Position numbers and translations under genes: made by a program
Part shown: piece after piece, positions 19,989-31,471 of the stretch
Position numbering within the stretch: the stretch's first letter is position 1
Layout: each line of letters begins with the position of its first letter
Notes under the pieces: generated by a model
The model's input: the letters and a program-made list of their open reading frames with translations, nothing else
Databases searched by the model: none
Told to the model about the DNA's origin: nothing
NCBI GenBank assembly: GCA_001820875.1
Contig: MHRF01000007.1
Span: 140,479-204,478, forward strand
Source of the DNA: Candidatus Taylorbacteria bacterium RIFCSPHIGHO2_01_FULL_46_22b
GTDB taxonomy: Bacteria > Patescibacteriota > Minisyncoccia > Phycocordibacterales > DSPV01
Direction: 5' to 3'
DNA length: 64,000 bases

Positions 19989-20552
19989 ATGAATAAAAAT
20001 GTGCTTGGTATTATTGTTGCGATAGTAGTGATTGGCGGTGGCGCGTGGTATTTCAGTGCGTATGCGCCGACTCAAAATGAGTCAGGAGATATGACTGCAA
20101 CCACGACCGATTCGACTGCCACAACGGCATCAACTTCGTCGACATCTTCAAGTGAAGTATCGTTCCGCGGTTCAATGAGCGAATTGATTAAACGAGGAGG
20201 AAGTTACAAGTGCACGGTAACGTTTAACAGTCCTGCAGGTAATTCTGATGGGACTGTGTATGTATCAGGCGATCGGTTGCGCGGAGATTTCAAGACTGTG
20301 GTTGCAGAGGCTGGTTTGACTGTCGAGAATCACATGCTTGGGGTTGGCGGATACCTGTATAACTGGAATTCAATGACGAGTCAGGGGTTCAAGTCAAAGA
20401 TGTCGACTGATAAAGCGATCGATGAGAGCAAGCCAACTAGTGCATCAGAATCACTTGATTATAATCAGGCGCTTGATTACAAGTGTGTGGCATGGGACGG
20501 AGACGCATCTCTCTTTGAGTTTCCGAAGGGGATTGTATTCAGCACGATTTAA
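19989..20552 (+). CDS. membrane-anchored or secreted hypothetical protein
   Basis: N-terminal TM. Thr/Ser-rich linker. Two Cys residues. Confidence 0.5.
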   Translation: MNKNVLGIIVAIVVIGGGAWYFSAYAPTQNESGDMTATTTDSTATTASTSSTSSSEVSFRGSMSELIKRGGSYKCTVTFNSPAGNSDGTVYVSGDRLRGDFKTVVAEAGLTVENHMLGVGGYLYNWNSMTSQGFKSKMSTDKAIDESKPTSASESLDYNQALDYKCVAWDGDASLFEFPKGIVFSTI

Positions 20553-20626
20553 CTTTTAGTTTCACTATTGAAAATAGGCTGCGCCGCGCATTTTGCGGGG
20601 CGCGGCCTATCGTGTAATATAGCCAT

Positions 20627-21367
20627 ATGGCAATTTTTCGAACACGAATCAAGAAAGAAATAGTGTCTGAAGTCTTGGCGCCTAACCGTAAATCACGCAA
20701 GGTGGTTATTCTCTGTATTGGCTGTCCTACAAATCCTGCTCGGCGGGAATCGATAGAATTCTTTGCGAAAAAAGGGTTTTGGGTCTTTCTTCCTCGATAT
20801 CGAGGAAGTTGGGAAAGTGATGGAAAATTTCTTAAAAGATCTCCGCATCTTGATGTTATCGATGTGATTGATTCTTTACCGAAAGGTTTTAAGGATCTCT
20901 GGAGCGGAAAAACATACAAAATTAAAAATCCAGAAGTATTTGTTATTGGCGGGAGTTTTGGTGGGACGGTTGCGGTGTTGGCTTCGCGTGATAAGCGAGT
21001 AAAAAAAGCAGTCGCATTTTCGCCCGTAATTGATTGGACTGTTCCCAGCAAGGAAGAGCCGATGGGAAAGCTTGGAAAATTTATGCAGGATGGTTTTGGG
21101 AACGGCTATCGTTTCAAGATGTCAGATTGGAAAAAACTCTCACGAGGGGGATTCTTTGATCCATCCGCAGAAGTCAAATCCATTGATGGACGTAAACTCC
21201 TTATCATTCATGCTAAAGATGACGGCATTGTTCCGTTTGTGCAGGTTCCGCCGTTTGTCAAAAAGACCAAATGCACACTCATTTCTCCTCGCACTGGGGG
21301 GCATTTTGGTGTTGCAAAATCAATTTCCCCACGCTTTTCCAAAGCGGTTCTTAAATGGATTCGATAA
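20627..21367 (+). CDS. alpha/beta hydrolase (dienelactone hydrolase/peptidase S9-like)
   Basis: VIGGSFGG nucleophile elbow (GxSxG). Confidence 0.6.
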   Translation: MAIFRTRIKKEIVSEVLAPNRKSRKVVILCIGCPTNPARRESIEFFAKKGFWVFLPRYRGSWESDGKFLKRSPHLDVIDVIDSLPKGFKDLWSGKTYKIKNPEVFVIGGSFGGTVAVLASRDKRVKKAVAFSPVIDWTVPSKEEPMGKLGKFMQDGFGNGYRFKMSDWKKLSRGGFFDPSAEVKSIDGRKLLIIHAKDDGIVPFVQVPPFVKKTKCTLISPRTGGHFGVAKSISPRFSKAVLKWIR

Positions 21368-21368
21368 C

Positions 21369-21902
21369 ATGATTGAAAAAGTAGTATTTGGCGGAGGATG
21401 TTTTTGGTGTACCGAGGCGGCTTTTTCGATGCTCAAAGGGGTTACATCAGTTGTCTCTGGGTATGCAGGAGGAAAACGAGAGGCGCCCACGTACGAACAA
21501 GTAAGCGGCGGGGGAACAGGACATGCCGAAGTAATTGAGGTGACATATGACCCTTTAGTTATCACCTTCGATGATTTGCTCGCTGTCTTTTTTAATGTAC
21601 ATGATCCGACACAGTTGAATGCACAGGGGAATGATATTGGAACTCAATATCGATCGGCTATTTTCTATACAACCGATTCACAAAAGATTTCAGCGGAGAA
21701 ACTTGTCAAGGAATTTGCTGAAACAAACGCTTATGATAAGCCGGTGGTGACTGAAGTTATGCCACTGGAGCAATTTTATCCTGCGGAGCAATACCACAAA
21801 GACTATTACAAACGAAATCAGGATGCGCCGTATTGCCAGATTGTTATTACGCCAAAACTTGAGAAATTGCAACGCCGTTTTGCCTCTCTGATCCAATCTT
21901 GA
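21369..21902 (+). CDS. msrA: peptide methionine sulfoxide reductase MsrA
   Basis: GGGCFWC active-site motif. Start placed at the ATG at 21369 immediately after the upstream stop. Confidence 0.85.
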   Translation: MIEKVVFGGGCFWCTEAAFSMLKGVTSVVSGYAGGKREAPTYEQVSGGGTGHAEVIEVTYDPLVITFDDLLAVFFNVHDPTQLNAQGNDIGTQYRSAIFYTTDSQKISAEKLVKEFAETNAYDKPVVTEVMPLEQFYPAEQYHKDYYKRNQDAPYCQIVITPKLEKLQRRFASLIQS

Positions 21903-21989
21903 TCCACAGAGTATATATTTAGATTTTGCTAGGTTATAATAGAAATCTCTCGGAATTTCCGAGGTATTAGTATTTTATATATATATCGT

Positions 21990-22352
21990 ATGAATTCTTC
22001 AGAAAAATTGACTTCTTTCTTGCTCCGCGCAGGCCTTGCGGTAGTATTTTTATACGCTGCAACCGCATCATTATTTGATCCGATGGCGTGGGCCGGTTTT
22101 ATGCCGCAGTTCTTCAAAGACCTTGTTCCGGTGACTATATTGCTGACTGCGTTCTCGATATTTGAAATTCTACTGTCTTTGTGGCTCTTGTCAGGCATTA
22201 AGCCCTTTGGCGCTGCGGTGATTGCGTCTCTTGCACTTTGTGGAATCATACTCGCGACGATTTCATTGTTTGATATTGTCTTCCGCGATATCGCAATTCT
22301 CTTTGCCGCACTTGCACTTGGGACACTCCATTACAAACGATCGACTGTGTAA
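21990..22352 (+). CDS. DoxX-like membrane protein
   Basis: 120 aa, 4 TM segments, DoxX-like topology. Confidence 0.4.
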   Translation: MNSSEKLTSFLLRAGLAVVFLYAATASLFDPMAWAGFMPQFFKDLVPVTILLTAFSIFEILLSLWLLSGIKPFGAAVIASLALCGIILATISLFDIVFRDIAILFAALALGTLHYKRSTV

Positions 22353-22386
22353 TTTTGCCGGACGCTGGGCGTCTCCCACTACGTAG

Positions 22387-22791
22387 ATGGATTTTTCAGT
22401 TACATTTCTCATTCTCACACTGCTCGGCCTTATAAATGCCGGCCATCTTGCGTATACGCGCATACGTCACAAACCTCTTGTCTGTCCGATGGATCACGAT
22501 TGCACGTTGGTAACTGAAAGCCGATGGTCAAAAATGTTTGGGGTACGTAATGAATACCTAGGCACACTGTATTTTATCGTTATGCTTTTGGGAGCTCTCA
22601 TACTCCTTATCTCGCCGGCTACTATTCCACAACTGGGAATTATCCTCTTTGTCGTTTCGCTTTTCGGTGCACTGTACTCGATCTTTCTGATTTATCTGCA
22701 GGCGTTTGTGATCAAAAACTATTGTTTCTACTGTATAGTTTCAGCGGTGATCAGTATTATTTTATTCTTAAACGGATTGATGATCCGCTAA
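22387..22791 (+). CDS. vitamin K epoxide reductase (VKOR) family protein
   Basis: Loop Cys pair (CPMDHDC) and active-site CFYC in the last TM. Confidence 0.65.
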   Translation: MDFSVTFLILTLLGLINAGHLAYTRIRHKPLVCPMDHDCTLVTESRWSKMFGVRNEYLGTLYFIVMLLGALILLISPATIPQLGIILFVVSLFGALYSIFLIYLQAFVIKNYCFYCIVSAVISIILFLNGLMIR

Positions 22792-22792
22792 T

Positions 22793-23119
22793 ATGGCCAC
22801 TACGCTTTCAGCTCAAAAATGCGTTGCCTGCGAAGGGGATATGCCCCCTCTCAATCCTACTGAAGCAACTATCCTGATGCGTCAATTAAAACCGGAGTGG
22901 AAACTTTCTGGCAACGAAATTGTCCGTGATTTCAAATTTAAAGATTTCAAACAGGCGATGGTATTTGTAAACAAAGTTGCTGATATTGCCGAAGAGGAAG
23001 GTCATCACCCTGATATTTTTATTTCCTACAATCGCGTCAAAATAACACTTACGACGCACGCAATAATAGGGCTTTCAAATAACGACTTTATCGTCGCGGC
23101 GAAGATAGATTTGCTCTAA
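22793..23119 (+). CDS. 4a-hydroxytetrahydrobiopterin dehydratase (pterin-4-alpha-carbinolamine dehydratase)
   Basis: EEEGHHPDI motif. Confidence 0.8.
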   Translation: MATTLSAQKCVACEGDMPPLNPTEATILMRQLKPEWKLSGNEIVRDFKFKDFKQAMVFVNKVADIAEEEGHHPDIFISYNRVKITLTTHAIIGLSNNDFIVAAKIDLL

Positions 23120-23431
23120 AACGAAACGCCGCTGTGTAAAAACAGGGCGTTGTTTGGGTGCACGCGAAGTGCAAGCCCTTACCAAGGCCAGAAGCAACTC
23201 GCGTCATAGCGGAAATTCGGTAAGGACTCGAATTCAAGGATTCTGTCGGTGGGATTTGGGTCGTTGCTGATAGTCAAAGCACTTGTCGTGCTGATGGTCC
23301 CTGTTGGGTCTCTCCAGTTTTCTAACGGTGAGATGGGCAAGGCTTCAGTGATAGGCACACAAAGTGCGCCTTTACGGAATTGAGTGTGCATAGTTTCTCC
23401 TATGCCTAGATTATGAAAAAGTAGAGTTTTG

Positions 23432-25118
<1,687 letters not shown>

Positions 25119-25160
25119 TTATGATATAGAATCCTAAATTCTGGATTCGTTATTCTATAT

Positions 25161-26090
25161 TCATGTTGCTAACGCTTCTCTCCCTGCGGTGATCTCGGTT
25201 AATTCTTTGGTGATAGCCGCTTGGCGTGTTTTGTTAAACAAAATGTTGAGCGTATCTACGAGTTCCGCGGCGCTTTCAGATGCATTTTTCATCGCCATCA
25301 TGCGCGACGAGTGCTCGGATGCGTTTGCTTCAAGAATCGCATGGAAAATTTCGACTGCGAGCAAGTGAGGGAGGAGTCGATCCAAAAGCACAGTGGGGCT
25401 TGGTTCAAGTAAAAGGGTGCTTGATGGCGCTTGTATTTTTTCAAAAGAGCTTGGCATGTTAGTGTATTTGCCGCGCAACGGGGTGATGCTATCGATAATT
25501 TCCTGCAGAGATTCGGATGAGAAAGGGAGGAGTTTGCGGACAACAACCTCCTGCTTGAGAGCGGAGAGGAAGTTGGTATACACGAGCACCACCTCGTCGC
25601 ACTTCTTTTCCGTAAATAATTTCACTAGAAAATCGGAGATTTTTTTCGTTTCATCAATCGCACCAAGGTCTCCGGTACCCAAAAATTCAGCCACAGGTTT
25701 TTTACCGCGGCGGGTGAAGTAATCGCGGCCTTTCTTTCCAATTGCCACGAGTGAAACTTGGGATTTTGTTGACGCGAGTATTTTTTCAGCTTTTTTGATA
25801 ACAGATACATTAAATGCACCCGCAAGTCCTTTGTCGCTGGTGACCACCACAAGACATATCGTCGAAAGAGGACGTTTGAGTGTTAGTGCTGAAGGTTGTT
25901 CCATGCCACCAGTTGCTTTCTGTGCTTCGCGCAAAATAGCGAGTGCAGTCAGGGCGTAGGGGCGGGCGGCAAGCGCAAACATCTGGCTTCGTCGCATTTT
26001 TACTGCCGAGACCGCCTCCATCGCGCGTGTCATCTGACGGATGTTTTTGGTCGAGCGTATTCGGTTTTTCAGTGCTCTAGAGCCGGCCAT
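25161..26090 (-). CDS. atpG: F0F1 ATP synthase subunit gamma
   Basis: N-terminal ALKNRIRSTKNIRQMTRAMEAVSAVKMRR. Confidence 0.9.
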   Translation of the reverse strand: MAGSRALKNRIRSTKNIRQMTRAMEAVSAVKMRRSQMFALAARPYALTALAILREAQKATGGMEQPSALTLKRPLSTICLVVVTSDKGLAGAFNVSVIKKAEKILASTKSQVSLVAIGKKGRDYFTRRGKKPVAEFLGTGDLGAIDETKKISDFLVKLFTEKKCDEVVLVYTNFLSALKQEVVVRKLLPFSSESLQEIIDSITPLRGKYTNMPSSFEKIQAPSSTLLLEPSPTVLLDRLLPHLLAVEIFHAILEANASEHSSRMMAMKNASESAAELVDTLNILFNKTRQAAITKELTEITAGREALAT

Positions 26091-26123
26091 ATAAGTGTGA
26101 ATAATGAATGACGAATAAAGAAT

Positions 26124-27665
26124 TTAGGACTTTTTGAAATAATTTTTGGCAAAGTCGTCGCAAGCCGCTTTCAGTGCTTCATCAACTTCCTTAGTGAGTT
26201 CTGCACCTTCGCGCAGTTTCTTCATTAGTGCATCATGGCGTCCGCGCAGGAAGGCGATAAGTTCTTTCTCAAATCGTTGTACATCTGAAACTTCCACTGT
26301 GTCGAGCACACCGCGCACTGCAGAGAAAATAGAAGCCACTTCCTCTTCAAAGGGCATGTTGTGATACTGGTTTTGCTTGAGCAGTTCAGACAATCGGCGT
26401 CCGCGATCCAGCTTTTGTTTGGTTGACGCATCAAGTTCTTGGCCGAATTGCGCAAATGCGGCGAGTTCTCGATACTGTGCGAGCTCAAGACGCATAGTTC
26501 CTGCCACTTTTTTCATCGCTTTGGTTTGTGCAGATGAACCGACGCGAGAGACGGAGAGACCAACGTTGAGTGCAGGTTTGGTTCCCTGATAGAAGAGTTC
26601 TGGTTCAAGATAAATCTGGCCGTCGGTGATCGAGATGACGTTTGTGGGGATGTAGGCCGACACGTCAGAAAGTTGTGTTTCAATGATCGGAAGGGCGGTC
26701 AGCGATCCTCCGCCGTGCTCCGGTGAGAGACGAGCGGCGCGTTCGAGGAGTCGTGAGTGCAAATAGAAGATGTCTCCAGGGTAGGCTTCGCGTCCTGGTG
26801 GGCGGCGGAGAAGCAAAGACACTTCGCGGTAGGAAACTGCGTGTTTTGAGAGATCATCGTAGACGATGAGTGCGTCACGGCCTTGATCCATGAAATATTC
26901 GCCGATTGCAACGCCAGTATATGGCGCGAGGAATTGAAGGGGAGCAGGAGCTGAAGCCGGTGCGGTGACCACGATAGTATATTCCATCGCTTTCGTCTTT
27001 TTGAGTTGCTCGACGATTTGTGCGACTTTTGATTCCTTTTGTCCGATTGCCACATAAATACAGATGACCGGTTTACCGCCGCGGACATCTTTTCCTTGGT
27101 TGATAATGGTATCAATTGCAATCGCAGTTTTTCCCGTCTGGCGGTCGCCGATGATGAGCTCTCGCTGTCCGCGGCCGATCGGGATCATTGCATCAATTGC
27201 CTTAATGCCGGTTTGCAGAGGAACGTTGACTGATTGGCGGGTGATAACCCCTGGGGCGATTTTCTCGAGAGGATAACGCTTCATGGTCTCTGCCTTGAAT
27301 GATGGACCTCCATCGACAGGATTGCCTAAGGCATCAATCACGCGTCCGATGAGCGCATCAGAGACAGCCACGGACAAAATATTTCCCGTTCCTTTTGCGG
27401 TTTGACCTTCGCGCACGGCTTCGCGATCTCCTAAAATAACGGCTTTGACTGAGTGCTCTTCGAGGTTGAGCGCTTGGCCAAGTACGGCGCCTTTTTCTGT
27501 TTCAAATTCGATCAATTCCGAATACATGACCTGTGAGAGTCCGCGGATTTCCGCGACACCGTCAGAGACGCGAGTCACGGTGCCCACATGTTCAAGTTTG
27601 GGACCTGCAGTGATGCCGGTTATCTCTGATTTGAGTTGTTCTAAAATGGTGTCTTTGTCGGTCAT
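26124..27665 (-). CDS. atpA: F0F1 ATP synthase subunit alpha
   Basis: GDRQTGKT P-loop. Confidence 0.95.
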   Translation of the reverse strand: MTDKDTILEQLKSEITGITAGPKLEHVGTVTRVSDGVAEIRGLSQVMYSELIEFETEKGAVLGQALNLEEHSVKAVILGDREAVREGQTAKGTGNILSVAVSDALIGRVIDALGNPVDGGPSFKAETMKRYPLEKIAPGVITRQSVNVPLQTGIKAIDAMIPIGRGQRELIIGDRQTGKTAIAIDTIINQGKDVRGGKPVICIYVAIGQKESKVAQIVEQLKKTKAMEYTIVVTAPASAPAPLQFLAPYTGVAIGEYFMDQGRDALIVYDDLSKHAVSYREVSLLLRRPPGREAYPGDIFYLHSRLLERAARLSPEHGGGSLTALPIIETQLSDVSAYIPTNVISITDGQIYLEPELFYQGTKPALNVGLSVSRVGSSAQTKAMKKVAGTMRLELAQYRELAAFAQFGQELDASTKQKLDRGRRLSELLKQNQYHNMPFEEEVASIFSAVRGVLDTVEVSDVQRFEKELIAFLRGRHDALMKKLREGAELTKEVDEALKAACDDFAKNYFKKS

Positions 27666-27687
27666 GATTTTTTCTTTTTATTATCCT

Positions 27688-28068
27688 TTATTTTGAAATT
27701 GTTCCTTTCATATCGGAGAATCGTCTCGACAGGGTGTTGTCGATTCTCCAGTCTCCAACGCTGATACGCACTCCTCCTTTCACGTTCTCATCAATTTTTT
27801 CTATGAGCGCAATTTTAGTCCCCACGAGTTTTTCGATGTCTTTTGGGTGTACCGCATTTTTAGTTGCTGATACGACGGTGACCGGCGTGATCTCTTGGTG
27901 TTTATACCAGAGCCGTTCGAACTCGTTCATAATGTCACGCAACTTTCCCGCATGGCGATTTTTCACCAAGAGGGCTGCAAACTTTGCGATCAGCTTTTCG
28001 TGACCCTCTTTTTTAGAGAGAAGTAGATCCAAGAGTGCCGCGGCGTAATGTGTAGGGGAATAGGTCAT
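27688..28068 (-). CDS. atpH: F0F1 ATP synthase subunit delta (truncated OSCP-like)
   Basis: Position between atpF and atpA. Size 126 aa. Confidence 0.6.
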   Translation of the reverse strand: MTYSPTHYAAALLDLLLSKKEGHEKLIAKFAALLVKNRHAGKLRDIMNEFERLWYKHQEITPVTVVSATKNAVHPKDIEKLVGTKIALIEKIDENVKGGVRISVGDWRIDNTLSRRFSDMKGTISK

Positions 28069-28577
28069 GTTCGTGCAGTAACTTGTACTTTTTGCATCGC
28101 CTGTTCGACCAGTTTCCCTTTAGCTTTTTCATCAAGCACGTCTCCGACACTCTGTTCCACAGCCCTGATGACCGTGGCGCCGAGTGATCGGGTGGCTTCC
28201 TGCATCAGTGCATCATGCTCGCTCGCGAGCTTTTTGCGTTCGTCAGCAGCGATACGTTTTGCTTCTGCTTGTGCATCTGTCATGATCTTTTCTGCTGCGC
28301 CAGTTGCCTGCGTCTCGGCTTTTTTGATCATCTCGGACGAAGTGGTACGCGCTTTGGCGAGCACTTCTTCTTTCTGTCGCTCGATTTCAGCAACGAGTTT
28401 GTCTGCGGCCACTGTTTTCTCCGCAGATTTTTTGATCTCATCTCGGCGGCGGTTGAGCATGCCCAACAGCGGTCGGTAGAGGAACTTGGTCAGCACAAAA
28501 ACAAGAATCGTGAAATTGACGATTTGTGCCACGAGTATCTTCCAGTCGATACCGAGATTGTGGAAGAGATCCTCCAT
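28065..28577 (-). CDS. atpF: F0F1 ATP synthase subunit b
   Basis: Single N-terminal TM plus a long charged coiled coil. Confidence 0.8.
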   Translation of the reverse strand: MEDLFHNLGIDWKILVAQIVNFTILVFVLTKFLYRPLLGMLNRRRDEIKKSAEKTVAADKLVAEIERQKEEVLAKARTTSSEMIKKAETQATGAAEKIMTDAQAEAKRIAADERKKLASEHDALMQEATRSLGATVIRAVEQSVGDVLDEKAKGKLVEQAMQKVQVTART

Positions 28578-28580
28578 TGC

Positions 28581-28811
<231 letters not shown>

Positions 28812-28940
28812 CTACTAATTACTAACTGCTAATAATACTGATAAAGGGGGTCAACCCTGCTTGATCACAAAGACAAAAACAGGGGCACCATGCCTCATGT
28901 GGGCTATCATACTACAAGCCTGCTGCTTGTTCAACGGCCG

Positions 28941-29687
28941 CTAATGGCTATCTGCCCTCGTGAAAGAGGAGAAGGCAACCATGGCGAGGACGCCAAATAT
29001 AGCGGCTTGAATGAGGCCAACGAAGAGCTCAAGTCCAAGGAACGGTATAGTCGCGATATAGGGGACGAGAGATCCAATAATGATGAGCAATACTTCGCCT
29101 GCAAAAACGTTTCCGAACAATCGGAACGAAAGCGAGATGACTTTTGACAGTTCCCCAATAATTTCGAGTATGCCAGTGAAGAAGAGCACAGGTCCTTTGA
29201 AGGTGATGAATTTGCCAAGATGATGTCGGACACCGACGGTGATGAGTCCGTAGACATGAGAGAGCACCACGACGATGAGTGCGAGTGCAAGTGTCATGTT
29301 CAGATCGGAATATACCGATCGGAAGAGGGGAACGAATGCTTCGTGTCCGTCGTGTCCCACGGTGTGCATGCCGATAGAGCCAACACCGGGGAGAATCCCG
29401 AGCCAGTTTGAGGCGAGGACGAAGAGGAAGATGGTTGCAACGATCGGGAAGAATCGCTCGGCGGTTTTACGATCGCCGGCGATGGTTTCAAGGAAGCCTA
29501 TAATAATTTCAATAACGGCTTCTGCGAAGTTCTGCAGTTTACTCGGGATGTAGCTGACGCGTCTTGAGATGATGAACGCAAATATGATGAATCCGAGCGA
29601 GACAATCCATGCCGTGAGCATCGTGTTAGTCACGGGCAATGGTCCGATGTGAAAGAGAGTGTCTGCTACTATTGATATGTGGTCCAT
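28941..29687 (-). CDS. atpB: F0F1 ATP synthase subunit a
   Basis: LSFRLFGNVFAGEVLL with the conserved Arg. The ORF could extend to 29795, but a plus-strand promoter lies in that extension. Confidence 0.8.
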   Translation of the reverse strand: MDHISIVADTLFHIGPLPVTNTMLTAWIVSLGFIIFAFIISRRVSYIPSKLQNFAEAVIEIIIGFLETIAGDRKTAERFFPIVATIFLFVLASNWLGILPGVGSIGMHTVGHDGHEAFVPLFRSVYSDLNMTLALALIVVVLSHVYGLITVGVRHHLGKFITFKGPVLFFTGILEIIGELSKVISLSFRLFGNVFAGEVLLIIIGSLVPYIATIPFLGLELFVGLIQAAIFGVLAMVAFSSFTRADSH

Positions 29688-29743
29688 GTAGGCCGATATG
29701 GTAGCGTATTTTTCCGTTTTTTGCCAGTCTTCCGATTGGTTGC

Positions 29744-29771
29744 TTGACAGAATGAATTTTACGAGTATACT
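29744..29771 (+). promoter_or_regulatory. sigma70-like promoter (TTGACA-16-TATACT)
   Basis: TTGACA at 29744-29749, TATACT at 29766-29771. Confidence 0.5.
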
Positions 29772-29777
29772 CTTGTG

Positions 29778-30051
29778 CAGTATTGAAAACAGCAATGTCT
29801 ACCGCTTTGGTCCTCTGCACTGCAGAGGGTTGGGCCTTGGCGAGTCTCCCTTCGGGCGAGACAGGACGATTCTTGCAAATCTCAACAGAGAGGCGTGAGA
29901 ATCCGGCATCCTCCGTAATCATAGGAAAACCGATGTCTTCTCGAAAGAGAGCCATGAGTCGGTATGAGGTCTGCTTTTTGAGCAGATAGAGCAAGGTGGC
30001 ACCGCGGAAATGAATCCCGCCCTTGTTGCACAATTTTTTGTGCATCGAGGG
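29778..30051 (+). ncRNA. candidate small RNA of unknown family (about 270 nt) between a canonical promoter and a hairpin terminator
   Basis: The promoter above. Terminator aatcccgccc-(26-nt loop with an internal hairpin)-gggcgggatt followed by TTTTT at 30003-30051. Only a low-complexity 68-aa ORF lies inside. Confidence 0.35.
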
Positions 30052-30104
30052 CGGGATTTTTACGTGTCCGCTTTTCAACTCTAAACCTCAAACCAAGGAG
30101 CTTT

Positions 30105-30314
30105 ATGACAGTCTCACGGAGGACGTATTTCTGTCCGCTCTGTCGCAAGTTTACTCGTTTGTCTCTTCCGACCGAGATTCGGTCTTGTGAACACTGCAAG
30201 GCATCCTTGATTCCTCCGTATGCGGAGGATGATTTCAAGGATACAGACGATCCAGAGGTAATTCGCCGTTGGGTTGCTCTGACCAAGACTCGGCACTTTG
30301 GATTACGCAGGTAA
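30105..30314 (+). CDS. small zinc-ribbon protein (CxxC...CxxC)
   Basis: CPLC...CEHC pairs. Lies in a GC-elevated island. Confidence 0.3.
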   Translation: MTVSRRTYFCPLCRKFTRLSLPTEIRSCEHCKASLIPPYAEDDFKDTDDPEVIRRWVALTKTRHFGLRR

Positions 30315-30367
30315 GCTTTCTTCATGTTCTTTAACAAAAACAAACAACCTTCAACCCAAGGATTTGT

Positions 30368-31165
30368 GTGAACACACAGACCAAAGAAAACAGGTTGTCG
30401 GCAGTCGACCTGAGAATGAAAGAAAACAATCTGCCGGTGATCAATTGGGAGCGAATTGAGAGATCTCTTCGTCAACAGACACGTGCAAGTGGGCAAGAGG
30501 ATGCATGTCCTGCGTTGCTCGGCACACTTCGATCAATCGTTTCTTGTTGTGGGAGTTTTACTGCCAGCAGGAAGAAATTGCTTGCCATCGGTAAGGCACT
30601 GTTGAATCCGGACAAGAAGATTGTTTGTCCGATTTGCCTCGATCCGAGCGATCTTTTAGTGCCAAACACGGTGCCAGAGCTTGTGAGAGAACATGAACGT
30701 TTTCTGGAGAGTATCAGCGACGCGTTTGGCAATCCGCCGGTGATGATGCTGGTTCCGACACATGACAATGTCTCGACGAGAAAAGAGACGCTCGAGCTTG
30801 TTCAGACCATTCACAGGCATGTGCAATCGAGAGGATGGCAAGCTCTGCCTATGGAAGATGTTTTCTCCAGCGTCCACGAGCGTGAGCATTTTTGGATGCA
30901 GACGCTTGGAGATACGGAGGATTCTCGGCGCTGTGTGCGAGCTTTTGCTCGCGCGCGAGCTGCAGCAGGTCTCTATGCGCGGAGAAATCCGGGGGCATCG
31001 GAGACAGAGATTGTTGATCTGGCTCTGCGCACTAGCGCGCAATATTTGGCGCTTGGCGAATTGGTGCGTCAGAACAATTGGTTCATTTGCAATCACACAA
31101 CTCTTAACCTTTCGTGGTACGGGAAAATGGAGGTTGCACTTCTTCACAACCCAATCAAGTTGTGA
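30368..31165 (+). CDS. hypothetical protein (GC-elevated island)
   Basis: 265 aa. CPICLD. No recognisable family. Confidence 0.45.
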   Translation: MNTQTKENRLSAVDLRMKENNLPVINWERIERSLRQQTRASGQEDACPALLGTLRSIVSCCGSFTASRKKLLAIGKALLNPDKKIVCPICLDPSDLLVPNTVPELVREHERFLESISDAFGNPPVMMLVPTHDNVSTRKETLELVQTIHRHVQSRGWQALPMEDVFSSVHEREHFWMQTLGDTEDSRRCVRAFARARAAAGLYARRNPGASETEIVDLALRTSAQYLALGELVRQNNWFICNHTTLNLSWYGKMEVALLHNPIKL

Positions 31166-31207
31166 TCAGGACGGCGGCGAGTGTTTTACACTCGCTGCCT
31201 CTTCTTT

Positions 31208-31432
31208 TTATTTTAAAAACTTGGAGACTTTGCGAAAGACAAGATAGGTTGAGGCGACCGCGGCGAGAATGACGCCGGCGACAAGAAGCCATGGGGAAGT
31301 TTCGAAATATCGGTCGGCGTAACGGCCGAGAAGTGCAAACGCAACAAGCGGGATGGCAATTTGCCAGCCGAGCTCGAACGCGAGTCCCCACGGGTTGAAT
31401 TCTTTCTCTTTTTGATCTTGCAGTTCGGGCAT
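31208..31432 (-). CDS. AtpZ/AtpI-like small membrane protein (ATPase_gene1 family)
   Basis: 74 aa. Two TM segments with the WQIAIPLVAFALLGRYADRYF pattern. Lies upstream of the atp operon. Confidence 0.45.
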   Translation of the reverse strand: MPELQDQKEKEFNPWGLAFELGWQIAIPLVAFALLGRYADRYFETSPWLLVAGVILAAVASTYLVFRKVSKFLK

Positions 31433-31471
31433 GTGTTTACAAACTAATACTATCTTTTAGTAGTTTCGATT

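Noticed and set aside
20575-20612. Strong terminator after 19989..20552
   Set aside because: Only a 7-bp GC stem with a 10-nt loop and no U-tract. Too weak to call with confidence.
21030-21368. 5' extension of msrA (ORF 21030..21902)
   Set aside because: It overlaps the alpha/beta-hydrolase gene. MsrA homology begins at the ATG at 21369.
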